Source of the DNA: Tricharina praecox
Lineage: Eukaryota
Assembly (NCBI RefSeq): GCF_024521635.1
Contig: NW_026250404.1
Span: forward strand, 1,178,001-1,242,000
Reading direction: 5' to 3'
Length of the DNA: 64,000 bases
In this document: positions 13,532 to 25,744 of the stretch, piece by piece
Layout of the letters: every line of letters begins with the position of its first letter
Position numbering within the stretch: position 1 is the first letter of the stretch
Notes under the pieces: model-generated
The model's input: the letters and a program-made list of their open reading frames with translations, nothing else
What the model was told of the DNA's origin: nothing
Databases searched by the model: none
Translations under genes and position numbers: made by a program

Positions 13532-15145
13532 ATGTCGACTTCACCCTCCACCACCACCACCACCATTCCCCAGCGAGCCACAGACACCCCCTCGGCGGCC
13601 AAAAACACAATGGCGACTTCAACTCCTCCCCCCTCCATCCTCCAGCTCGCCACGGATATATTGGCCCATGCGAAAACCATCCACCAGCACCTCGAGTCCA
13701 ACGGCATTCCGCAGCCCGGATTCGACCGCGATTCTCCCCTCCACTTTCCCTCGGATGCCGAAATCCAAGGTTCGCGTATGGCCTTGATCGAGGCCGCAAA
13801 AGCAATCTACGACCTTGCCGTCGGGCCAACCAACGGCATAACCTGGAGCTCTCTCACGGTAAGCCATCCTGTTCCTCCCCCCCACCCCCGGGGTGTTTGG
13901 CTTGTGGCAACCCATTATAACATCCCTACCAGAGTAAATTCGAGACCGTAGTCCTCCGCGCAATCACCACCTACAACCTCGCAGAAGCGGTACCGCTGCA
14001 CGGCGAAGCCTCGTTCGCACAGATCGCGGCGGCATCGAACCTGCACGAAGACTTTGTGACGCGCATAATCCGGTACGCGACGACATCACACATCTTCAAG
14101 GAGTCGCGGCCGGGCTGGGTGATCCATACGGCGGCGTCGCGGGCGATCCTCGAGGACCATCTGCTGCGCTCGTTCCTGGCGATCAACGCCGACGAGGGAC
14201 TTTCCGCCGCCGCAAAGATCAACGAGGCGAACGATAAGTATGGGCATACTGGCAGCAGGTATGAGACGGCGTTCTGCGTGGCGAATGGTCTGGAAGGAGA
14301 GGATATGTTTGGTTTCATGGAGAGGCCCGATCAGCAGTGGAGGAAGAAGAGGTTCGCCGAGTGCATGCAGTACCGCGCCAAGAACGAGGAGTCGACGAGC
14401 GCGGTCAACAAGGAGTGCGATCCGTTGCTGAATGGAAGCTTCGATTGGGATGCGATTGGTGAGGGGCTTGTGGTCGACGTGAGTCCCGAAAAACTCCCCC
14501 TGTTTCCGGAATACACGCTAATATCGATACAGATAGGAGGAGGCCTGGGACACATCTGTGCGTCTATCGCGCGAAACCACCCGAAGCCTCGGTTCCTGGT
14601 CCAGGATCTCGCATCGGTGGTGTCACAAGGCAAAACCTCAATCGAGTCCGAAGAGGAGTCCGTCAAGAGTCGCATCTCTTTCATAGAGAGCGACTTCTGG
14701 AGCCCGCAAACCGTCGAGGCTGATGTTTACTTCATGCGATTGGTCATGCACGACTGGTCGGATGAGGGCTGCGCTAAGATCCTGAAAAACATCATCCCTA
14801 AGATGAAGCCGAACAGCAGGATAGTCATTGTTGACGCCATCCTTGCCGAAGCGAATACCATTCCGAAGCTGTTTGAGAAGCTGCAGAGGTATGTTTCTTT
14901 TTTCTTTCACTGTAAACCGTGAGAGTGGGCCGCTGACTGCTAGCGTAAATAGGACGTTGGATCTGTCGATGATGATGCTTGTGGGCGGTAAAGAGAGGAC
15001 TGGACAGGACTGGGAGCTGCTGATGCGTAAGGCGGATCCGCGGCTGAGAATCGTCAAGATGTCTCTGCCGCCCGGTAGTCAGTTTGGGCTCATTGAAGTG
15101 GCATTGGACCGACGGTCGGCTCCATTCCTTTCGGGCAAACTGTAG
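13532..15145 (+). CDS. SAM-dependent O-methyltransferase, COMT/OmtA-like (Methyltransf_2); 4 exons, introns from 13859, ~14479 and ~14889
   Basis: N-terminal dimerisation/HTH region (LAEAVP...RIIRYA...IFKE), VVD|IGGGLGH SAM motif across an intron, VQDL, DFWSPQ, YFMRLVMHDWSD and GKERT. The start may instead be the downstream ATG near 13610. Confidence 0.92.
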
Positions 15146-16907
15146 GTTCGAATTTGAATGCAACGAATTTCGTTCCTGTGCAGTGACCTTGATCGAATTC
15201 ATCGGCGGTGAACGGTGGTGTCAACCTGGAGGGGCCGTGACATGTGACTCGTAAAAAAGAAAGAGCACGAACTTTAGATCGATAGAGATGATAGCAAGCG
15301 ATTGATACTAGGAAGATGGTATGAACCGTATCGGCTCCGTGCTGTCGGAACTTGAACTCTAGCATGGCTGTGCACTCGGCGTAGTGGAGGTATACCGAGC
15401 AGCCTGCAGGCGCTGCCCTTTGCCGAATCAGCTACTCGCATCTATTCGCAGCCCAAACATCACTCGGTTCCACCTACACGAGTGAGCTTCCGTGCCACAT
15501 CCATCTCGATTCCCGCCGCTCCCATTGATTGTAGGAAACAAAACCGGCACATACACGAAACAAAGGAAAACCACCATATGTCCCTCTTCCCCGCTTCCCC
15601 TCAAAGCGATTTCAGATCCAGCCCCAACCACTTCCCAGCTTGCATTACAGAGCCCACCTCCCACCATCCACTTCCCAGCCCGATATCACCACTCCCACCA
15701 GCGAAAATTTCAGGTCGCCAGCCGTCCACCACCAGCCTGCATGATACCACGAACCGATACCAGTACTCCCCACCACCCAACCGGCGTCCAGATGATGTAT
15801 AGGGCCGCGGCGGCCGCACAAAGTGTTGCTGCGGTGAGCAACACCTTGCACGGGAGCGAGTGTCTGCTGTCGCGCTCGAGAACCATGAGGCCGGGGGCGG
15901 GCTCCGACATCTTGGTGAAACTATTACTACTACTACTACCAGTAGTAGTAGCTGGTGGACGGCGGAACTGCGTGATCGGCGCCATTGATGGGCTATAACT
16001 AGTAACCAGTAGCTAACTGGCGATAAGTAAGTGGGTAGTCGTCAGTTTACATTCGTCTTTTTACGGAAAAGGGACCGTATATGTAGGTAGGTAGAGTAGT
16101 TATTACCTGCGTGGTCCTTTCGTTGTGATATCCGGTGAAGCTGCGGAGAAGCGGCGGTTCAAGAAATGGTTTTATGAGAGTCCGAGCGTGTCCTGTCAAC
16201 AACTGGGTATAATATGCAGCCGAACTTATTCCACACTTCGGTGTAGCCCCTTCCGAACCGACGTATATATAAGCAACGCCCCGCTCGACGTTACTGTGTT
16301 GTGTTGACAAGCGCCGACGGAATTAAGCACGCTGCACAGCCGCCTTGTCAAGTGCTGACCGACCGTAACGGCCCCCCGCGGTGTGCGACACACGACGTGC
16401 GACATGCGACTTGGGATGGCGTCAGACATCCCCTCTTCGCCCCGTGTGCCTACCTACCTACCTGCCTATAGCGCCTACCTACCTGTGATATCTGGTCGGG
16501 GCAGCCGGATATAGAGTTTGTTAGGTATGTAGCATAAGTAGGCATCATATCGACTCAGTCTGGATCGATCGTTGGCTGTAATTAGCCTGCAGCGTAAGAT
16601 TGGAGAAAGCAACGTAGGTAGCGCTCCAACCAATAGCGGGCGTCGATGTCTGTTCTGGACTCTTACTCTTGGTACGTTTAAATAGTCTCTTCCGACCGGA
16701 AGACTGAAGTAACTAGGGCTCGTATACGTATTGCTTCTATGCATATGTAATGGTGAAGTGTAGGAGTATGAAGATGGAAAGACTTGATTGCTCATCCTTC
16801 TCGAATCTCGTCTCAGCAGTAGGTAGGTCCTCTACTCTATATACATGTATCCAGATCATAGGTAGCTACCGGTTCACTATTCGGCGACCGGCCTCTAGCA
16901 CTGTCCC

Positions 16908-17062
16908 GGTGTCCTCCGGTGCCTAAGGTGTCCTCCGGTGCCTAAGGTGTCCTCCGGTGCCTAAGGTGTCCTCCGGTGCCTGAGGTATCCAAGGTGTCCT
17001 CCGGTGCCCACGGTGCCCGAGGTACCCAAGATGCCCGAGATACCCAAGGTGTCCTCCGGTGC
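16908..17062. repeat. Minisatellite, 19-bp unit GGTGTCCTCCGGTGCCTAA (~4 near-perfect units, then degenerate 9-10-bp subunits)
   Basis: Read directly from the sequence. Confidence 0.9.
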
Positions 17063-18588
17063 TATCGAACGTTTAGATCCGACAATCACGGTTGGTGGAG
17101 GCGAATGCTAAGCTTTCGACTAATCAGTTATGCATAGTAGTACCTACCGGTACTGTCGTGAAACTCCTCGTACAAACAAGGTATGTCTGTAGGCTAGAAA
17201 TAGGCTGTAGGGTTAGGGGTCTTCCGTTCCGGTGGGCTCCTACCGGTAACTATCCTAGTCTTGAGTCCTGGCTCCAACGGCGCACCGCCCCGCTGGCACC
17301 GCCACCGTCACCGTTTCTTACGGCGCAGTGAGGGACCAGGTACATAATACCTACTGCTTACAAACCCTAGGACTTTTATGTAAAGTTGTTCTTATGTACA
17401 TAAAAGTAGTTGCGCCGGTGACGCCGATGATTACCAATTCCATGGCGGCCCCCGTTCGATGCGGAGGTATCTGCAAGTTTTACGCATAAGCACTTGTTCG
17501 TATAGCCGTAGTGGTCCAGCCTATAATCAATTAGAAGGTAGGTACCTATCAGCCAGGATCTCTTTTCGTGCCCAGGAAGGGTTGATTCGAGCTATCCGCA
17601 TGGGGAATCACTCGTCCACCGGCTTTTTGGGTAGGGGGTCGCACCATTAATATAGATAGAGCAGTTGGAGGGCAGGGAGGGCTAGCTATCTCTGTACGGC
17701 ATACAAAAACGTAAAGCCAAAGTAAAATCCTGATATTGACAAATCACTCTTCTCCGCTGCCCCACGGCCGAGTGGGGTGGGCTCGGTGGGGTGCCACTCC
17801 TTTGGATACCTCATTGTCTCAAAGTTACCGGAAAATCGGACGAGGTATCAATGGACCGCGTGATGCGTCGGCGCAGCGAGAATAGGTAGTAAACGCATAA
17901 AGGTGGTGCGAATTCGGGCTAGTCTAGTGTTAGAGGCTCAGAGTCTAAGCACCTGTACCTAGTAGGTAGCTGAGGGTACGAGATCATCTGGGGAGGTCGA
18001 AAAGTCGGAGAAACCTAGGATGTGGCAATTGGGCCATGATTGTTCACCGCCTAGGAAGTGCAGCTGCCCCCCGACAGTCGCTGCTCTCCTGTAGTACGGA
18101 CCCTGATATCTCTTCTATCTTTCGGCAAGAGCGAAAGGGTCCCAAAAATGGTTCTGTAGGACGTTAACTCTCACAATCCGAGTGCGTCCGAGTGATGCGT
18201 GAAGGACTTCCGTCACAACGAAGTGCCTTATCCAAGTAAGGACTCACCTATCTACCCCTAGATTTCAGTAGAAGTAACATCGAAGATTGGAAAACCGCGA
18301 TCTTCCAGTCCGACACCATAAAACCCGTAGACCCATATATCCCCCATCCCACGACAAAGGAATGATAATGATACATTCTGATGATGGCTCAATGCTGCGA
18401 AGTCCCGGGCTACATACGACCATCAATCTACCGATGTGGCCATATTCTTAGTCGAAAGGTAGCGGTTGGATCGGTTATATATGATGAGCAAACAGCCTTT
18501 CGGATTGTTCTGGATGGTGGGTAGGTATCTTCTCACCACAGAGGTTGAAGGCCCGATCCCATGGGTGCAGGGCTGTTAATAGGGCCTT

Positions 18589-18732
18589 CAGTCCGTCTTT
18601 GGGGTGGCCCAAGACGGGACGGAGTTACTCTAGTCGGGCTGAGGAGAAAAAGGAGTATGTACAGGCTTTCGGGCCGGCGAAATGGGGACGGATACCTTAC
18701 AGGACCTGGAATGAAATGGGAAACTAAGACAC
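18589..18732. repeat. Dispersed repeat family 2, copy B (possibly the left part of an element extending to ~18898)
   Basis: Homologous to 7059-7193; weak inverted similarity between 18580-18604 and 18875-18898. Confidence 0.7.
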
Positions 18733-19154
18733 AGACTAGCCAGAATAGCACACTAATGTTATCGGGTACCATAGATACCTGTAGGGTATCCGCGCCATTC
18801 ATTCTCCGGACTGGACGGACTAATCGTCTGGAGATTCAAGAACCTGCCCGAGACGGCCCCGGCCTACATACAGTCCCCCAATTAGACTGGCGTCCTGACG
18901 GACGAGTCACCACCCTGCTATGATAGTAGACAAAATACCATTGTCTCAACGTTTGCACGGGCGAAGGGTGCCGAAACCCATCTCGAGCCATCAGCTGGGT
19001 GCGGGACTGGTGGACTGGTGGACTGTATTCGCAAAACCAGCGAAACAGGCACGTCCAAAAACCGAGAAGGGCGACAAAGAAGCATCAAGTACACTAGTAA
19101 AATAAAAAGATCAGGACGCAAAAGAAATATTCTGGAAAGAATATCTATATTTGA

Positions 19155-19235
19155 TGATTCAGCCGGGATTTGAACCCGGGTCGGGCGCAGAATGCTGGAT
19201 GGCAAGCGCCCATGATACCCCTACACTACTGAATC
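19155..19235 (-). tRNA. tRNA-Gly(GCC) with a 10-nt intron (19190-19199)
   Basis: Minus-strand cloverleaf: GATTCAG TA GTG-TAGGGGTAT-CAT G GGCGC TT GCC A [TCCAGCATTC] T GCGCC CGAC CCGGG TTCAAAT CCCGG CTGAATC A. All stems pair; T-rich tract downstream. Confidence 0.9.
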
Positions 19236-20988
19236 GAGTGATGGCGGAAGTGGCAACAGTCTTCTCATAGTATAAAATATATCTCCTCGCTCTTTGAAGA
19301 CACCACTATAACCGCCGATTTCGCTCTTGACGATGTCGGTATTATGACAAACCTGGATGATATGTACCTTGCTCCACCCACGGATGGACCTGCTTGCTGA
19401 TCACCACGACTTTTCATCCTCTCGTACTAAGCTGTCCATCAGTCGACAGCACGCCGAGGCCAATTGATCTACGGTATGTACCCCGCGCGGAAGAGACACT
19501 TCCGTCTTGGAGCCCTGGAACCTTTTGTATCTTGCTATGCCGTGCAAGCAAGCACATCTTGGCAATTTAAGCGCTGCATGCGAGGCGACAATCGACTTCC
19601 CCAAAGATCCATGCCCTCGTGTTCGCTCTGGATGATATGTATGCCATATGGCAAGTCATGTCTCCCGGCTGCCAATTCCGAGGCAGGGGGGTGGGGAGGA
19701 ACTTGCGTGGACGGTGCACTTAGTCGTCTGGAATCGCGTCTCCGGAACCCGAAACTCCAGACTGGAACGCCCCACAAACCGATGCTCGACGTGGTTCGAT
19801 TCGGGAAGGAGAATGGAATTGCAGCAGAATGTATGGACGTCTGGGGTACCACAGAGGTATAAAATATACAAGCCTCGCAATATAGCTGCGGAGTTCCACT
19901 CGCCACTGTACTGTGGGGTGCATGGAGATCAATACCGGCAAGCAGAGAAGCGTAGGTATGATGTACACAAGGGTATCTTTTGCGTTTCTTGGGTTCTCGT
20001 GTAGGGATTCACTGCGCTTGCAGCATACCGAGATCGGTAGGTTAGGCCCATAACGATGTTTCCTACGACAATTAATCCCGACGACGGTACTGGTCCTTCC
20101 TACGGTACTCGCCCTTTGCACTACCACTAACCCCAGCCGATAAAAAGCTCAAGTGGATTCGAGACTGAAGTGAGAAAATCCACTATACCGGCAATGTTAC
20201 AACTGCGGGTCTCTACTTGTTACCAGTATCGCAGTGGTACATCCTCTCACTTTTTTTGCTTGCTACATCGCCTGTAGACCGATCCCCTGTCGACTTGGCC
20301 AGCATATGCGGGTTTGCAGCGGTCGCCCACAACCATATCTCGACCTCAGCCGACGTGCCGCCTGCTGGTCGGGGGTGTATACCACCGGGATCAGCGTTGG
20401 TGACGACTCTTGTTCTCGCCAGATGGCTCAACGTTGACATTTCGCTAATCCCCAAAAGCGTGCCCTGTGTGTTGGATCAATCGAACGAGTTGGAACGCGA
20501 TTGCAAGCGCCTACTTTCGCCCTTAACGCGGGAACGACTGAAGCGAAAGTAAAAAAGCAATGCCTACACAATCCGTCCACCGGAGGATCATCGACGGGCC
20601 ATATTCATCGATAGAGTACCCGCCAGGCTCGCTGCATTCATCGGGGCTGAGGCATTCGCCACCACAATTTGACCAATCTATAGTATATGTCTGCCTGCAT
20701 CACCGTCTGGTGCGCATCGATAGAGTTACCCCAGAGCTGCGATGTTGCAAAGAAAGATGCGGTAGCTAGCCGTTGCCGCCTATTCGGTCGTGAACCGATA
20801 TCTCCAGTCCCAATTGGAAGACGAAAGGCGGGGAAGCCGGGATGGTGCTTGGGGAGGGGTGTGTGGGAAGGTTGTGTTGGATATTTTGAAACGGTTATAA
20901 AGTATCACTGCCGTCCGTCCGTCCCCATCTCTCTGGCCTTCGTCTTTTACTTTGCACTCGGTCCTTTGTTGCACCAGTGGTAGCAGTG

Positions 20989-23027
20989 ATGGTACGCCCT
21001 TCAACTCCTCCCACAGTGATGAACGAGAAATCGGACGGGCCGATGGAGGAAGTCGATATCGACAAAGCACCGGTCTCGCACATCGAGAAGGCCCGCTCGC
21101 ACGAAGAGCCTACGGATTCACAAGGAGAGTCGCGAATGACGAAGGCGAAATGGCTAGCCTGTATTGCACTCGGGCTTTCCTACACCACCGCCTTCCAGCA
21201 ACATGCGTGCACGGCTACGATCCTGAAGCACATCGATGATGCGTTGGGACCCACCGCTCACTACAATTGGATGTTGTCGGCCTACACCATCTCCGTGGCT
21301 GTATCCCTTCCGCTTGCCGGCGGTCTCTCCGATATTTTTGGACGACGATACTTCTTCATTGCCGGGTGCTTCGTCTCTCTGATCGGAACCATCGTTGCCG
21401 TGTCCGCACAGAATGTGCCGACGGTGATTGCTGGCATGGCCCTCAAGGGAGTTGGAGGCGCCAGCCAACAGCTCGCGTAAGGCCCCAAAGACTGGCGATC
21501 GAAGCAACCACTGATGATACGCAGACTGGCTGCAGTAGCTGAGTTGGTACCGAACAAGCATCGTGGTCATGCCCAGGCAGTCTTGGATATCTTGGTTCTA
21601 CCATGGACCATGTTTGGTGCCCTTACCGGTAAGCTTCATGGTTGGTACGGAGTGTTCGTCGAGCTGGGCTGATGGAGTCAGGCAACGCGATGGTCAAGTA
21701 TCAGGCTTTGAGTTTCAGAATCAACTGGTATCTCGGTATCGGTCTCAACGTTACCAGTATCGTCACCGCGTACCTCTGGTACCACCCAGTATGTTCTTCG
21801 TCTGCCCGTTCGCAAGCGATCATGGCTGATCTTATCCATCTAGCCGGCGTACATCAAGATCGAGGGCAAGAGCCGACTACGACAGCTCGCCGAGCTCGAC
21901 TGGATCGGCATCTTCTTCCTCGCTGTAGGCATCGTCCTTACGCTCATCGGAATCGCCTTCGGTGGCGTTGAGTTCCCGTGGAAGCACGTCGGAGTGATCC
22001 TCCCCATCATCCTCGGCATCTCCTCTCTCATTTGGTGCGGCGTGTGGGAGTGGAAATTTGCCCCTCGTCCCTTCCTCGCCCATGAGCTGTTCAAGAATAA
22101 GGGAAGAACCTTTTCTTTGATCCTCGTGATAACGTTTGTCGCCGGCATGGGACTGTATGCCGCTGCCGCGTTCTGGACGCAACAGGTACAGGGCATGTGG
22201 GATAGGGATCCAATTCGGATCGGTGTCTTGACTATCCCCGGAGGTTTCGGCGGTGCAGGTTGGTTCCCGTACCCATGGGATAGGTAGCTAGATGGAACTA
22301 ACACCAGGCAGTCGGCGGCTTCCTGGCGGGTATGTTGATCGGCAAGCACTGGATCTTCAAAACCAATCTTTGCCTCGTCTACGGCGCCACCATGAAGATC
22401 ATTGCCGACGGCTTCCTAACCACACTCACGCCGGAGACGGTCCCGCGGGCACTCGGCCTCGGCTTCATCTCGATGATCGCCACTGGGTGGACCTCCGTGT
22501 CCCTGATCATCTGTGTGCAGCTAGCCTGCGAAGACCGCAACATCGGGCTTGCCACGCTGCTCTGCGGGTGTGCACGCGCCATTGGCGGCAGTGTCGTCGT
22601 CACCATCTACTCATCGCTTCTCACAAACAAGATCGCCGACGACTCGGGGCCGCGCGTGGCGAAGGTCGTTGTGCCCCTCGGCTTTAAGATCCCGTTACTG
22701 CCGAAACTCATCGGATACCTCAGTCACGGCGACGTTCGCCACGCTGCGGCGCTGCCCGGAGCTACCCCGGGGATCATAGAGGTGGCGGCTAAGGCGCTGC
22801 AGTGGTCGTGGTCTGAGGCTTTTAAGTATCCACCCTCCCCCCCGATCCTTTAACGAAGGAACGCAACTAACGCGGTAGAAAGGCTGGTTTACATCTCGGC
22901 AACGGTATTTGCGGGACTGTCCCTGGCCGCGGCGCTGTTTGTTCAGGACGTGAGCCATAATATGACGGATAACGTTGCGGTAAGGTTGGCGAATGAGAAG
23001 GAGCGCGTCAATACTGTTGATGCGTGA
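20989..23027 (+). CDS. MFS drug:H+ antiporter, TRI12 (trichothecene efflux pump-like) family; multi-exon
   Basis: MFS motif A GGLSDIFGRRYFF, AAVAELVPNKHRG, ELDWIG, and C-terminal DVSHNMTDNVAVRL typical of TRI12-like pumps; about five GT-AG introns. Confidence 0.9.
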
Positions 23028-23756
23028 GGATGTGCGCTTTCAAGGAGGGAGATGCGCACGACCGGAAATCTGATGGTTGATGGTTGATGATTCACGACGG
23101 CTTTTTGTTTGTATCTGGCATTGGGCAGCGGGCTCGCATGTGGGACAACGTGGAGGAATATGTTGCAATTGAAATGAGAATCACAGTCTGCAAACTCGTG
23201 GGTACTTCTGTAAACAATACGTCTGATACCTAGGCTAGTTACCCAACACGCCCGAGTCACCCCCTGTAATGTAGTGTAGTGTAGTGTGAGGGTTGTGGGG
23301 GGGGTCGACGGCATGAGAAAGTTCGGAGTACTCTAAACTTAGTGAGCTGGGCACGAAATCTCTGTTGCAGAGCGATGGGGGGGGGGGGGGGGGGGTCCAG
23401 CGGTGCCGTGTGCTCTCTCAACCGTCTATGATGTATCTACTCGCTGAAGCAATAACTGGTCTTTAGACAAGATTGGGAACTTTCGTACTTCCTCCATATG
23501 TGCATACGTCCGATGTGAGTTCCATCCGTCGAGTGACACTGTGACACAAGCTTCTTGGGAGCTATATCACGTGCCCACTCGCAAGGTATGTAGTACGTGT
23601 CTCTAACGAATTCATCCCGAATCCACGCACGCCCGCCTCGCCGCTCACACACCCCGCCTCACTTCACGCCTCTACATATCCCCACCCGACCTCGCCTGTA
23701 CCTGCACCTGCACGCCCACCCGCCGTCGTCGGCAAACACGCTCCCCCACCCACAAT

Positions 23757-24672
23757 ATGGTGCACCCCTTCCCCCTCTCTATCAACCCAGACCAGCCAGC
23801 TCTCTGCCCTAACAGCTTAGCTAACCCCCCCGCCGTCTTGGCCTTATAGAACTCGCTCTTCAACTCTGCCCTAAAACAGACTGCATCACTGCAGCGGGAC
23901 CTCTCGGCGCTCGTGGCATCGCCGGCAACCGCGTCGCCAGCACTGCAGGGGCAAATCTCGGCGTCGATTGCGTCGCTGTCGCGCACGATCGCCGACTACG
24001 ACGCCATGGCGCGCCGCGAGCTCATCCCCGCAAAGAAGGAGAAGGCCGAGCTGCGCGTCAAAAATTTCCGCAGGGAGATGGCCGAGTACCGTGCGCAGTT
24101 CGAGAAGCTGAAGGCCGAGAGGGAGCAGGTGGTTGGTTTTGGCCTGATTCCGATAGAGGGGAGAGGGGGGTGGGGGAAGGGAAGGGGAAGGGGGGAAGGT
24201 GGCTGACGATAAGTGCGAAATACAGGCTCATACGGTTGCGCGCGGAGAACTGCTGGGTCGGAGAGGTCACTCGTCTGCTACACCTGAAAACCCGTATGCG
24301 AACAGCACGCACGCGCGGTCGTCGTCGAATCCGTTTGGTCCGGCGCCCGGGGGAGGGGGTGGTGGTGGGGGGAACGTGTCGATTTCGCAGGAGGACCATA
24401 CATTCCGCGAGCGGGACTTCCTGTCGCGGACGGATAACCAACTAGATGAGTTCCTGGACCGGGGGAGGGCGGTGCTGTCGGATCTGGCGGAGCAGAGGGG
24501 CATGCTGAAGGGGACGCAGAAGAGGCTGTATGGCGTCGCGAATACACTGGGAATCAGTGGCGATACTATCCGTATGATCGAGCGGAGGGCGAAGCAGGAT
24601 AAGTGGTTCTTCTATGGCGGTGTACTGGTGTTCTTTGTGTTTTGTTACTTCGTTTTGAGGTGGCTTGGTTAA
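23757..24672 (+). CDS. BOS1: Golgi/ER Qb-SNARE Bos1 (membrin); ATG-only first exon, introns 23760-23849 and ~24129-24225
   Basis: Spliced N-terminus MNSLFNSALKQ...; ARGELLGRR; SNARE motif LDEFLDRGRAVLSDLAEQRGMLKGTQKRLYGVANTLGISGDTIRMIERRAKQDKW; C-terminal TM anchor. Confidence 0.95.
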
Positions 24673-25744
24673 GGTGGGAGGGTTGCGGGTGGGAAGGGCG
24701 AGTGAGATGGTGAGATGGAGCGACTACATAGTACCTATACCAATAGTGGAAAATCAGTTGCAGCTATGGATCATCAAAAGGTGAAGGCTTCGACCTTGGC
24801 ATGGCAAATCGCCATGGGAAATTTACATCTCTTGGGATTTCCCGTATACCCGTATCCACTACACACAGTGACTTTTTCACGTGTGGTTTGGCATAACCAA
24901 CCGTGAAGAGATCTCACCATCACTACTAGTAATGGTCATGATTGCGAGTCTGGCGAGTATGATGTACCTCGGCAGGAGGGTAGGATGTGCGGAGCCACAT
25001 CTTTATAAACGGCTTCTATAGAGTTCAAGTTCTGCGCACCAAACGGTGGAGAAGAACCATATCTAGGCTATGGCGAATCCAGCTCCTCCCACCGCCCGCA
25101 GGCCGCACTCCATAATGCCGATCCCCGCCTCCTCCCTATCCCCCTCCCTATCCTCATGCCGGGATCTCATCCACCAGATCCCTCATCCACATTGCATTGC
25201 CACAACCATCAGACCAGCCTCTTATAACCCACCATTCAACTCCAACATTCCCCACAGTGATTGCCCCAGCTCACTAAACTCCTCATACTCCGATCCGCCC
25301 CCTGTGCAGTATAACCTCCAGGGTGGCGAGTGGGGTGATGTTAACCTCCCTAGACATCACACGCAGTATCCGCCCCCGCCCCTCACCCTCCACAACTAGC
25401 CGCAGTCATAGGTGTGTGTTCTGAGAAAAAAATATTCACTGTCAGAGGAATCAGAAACATCGTAACACCTCGCTGGATTGCCACCTCTACCTCTGGATAT
25501 CAAGACATAAAAGTACACACCAAAAAGCCAAATAAAACACCCAAGCGGAACATACACATTGCCAAAACTCATCCCACTCGTCATAAGGTCCATCCCCGTC
25601 ATCTCCATCATAAAGTCGTACAGACAGAAAACTCCAGTGCCGCGCCCAAACGCAACAAATAAACGAAAACGAAAAAGAAAAAAAGAAGAAAAAAAACTCC
25701 AGCAGTAGTAATTCCATTCCCATCATTAGATCGTGTCCTTCAAT

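Noticed and set aside
15428..15985. Small membrane-protein gene or pseudogene on the minus strand
   Set aside because: Hydrophobic fragments are spread over several frames with no recognisable family or convincing splice model.
13532..23027. Secondary-metabolite gene cluster (O-methyltransferase + TRI12-like pump)
   Set aside because: No PKS, NRPS, terpene synthase or cluster regulator in the window, and the two genes are ~6 kb apart.
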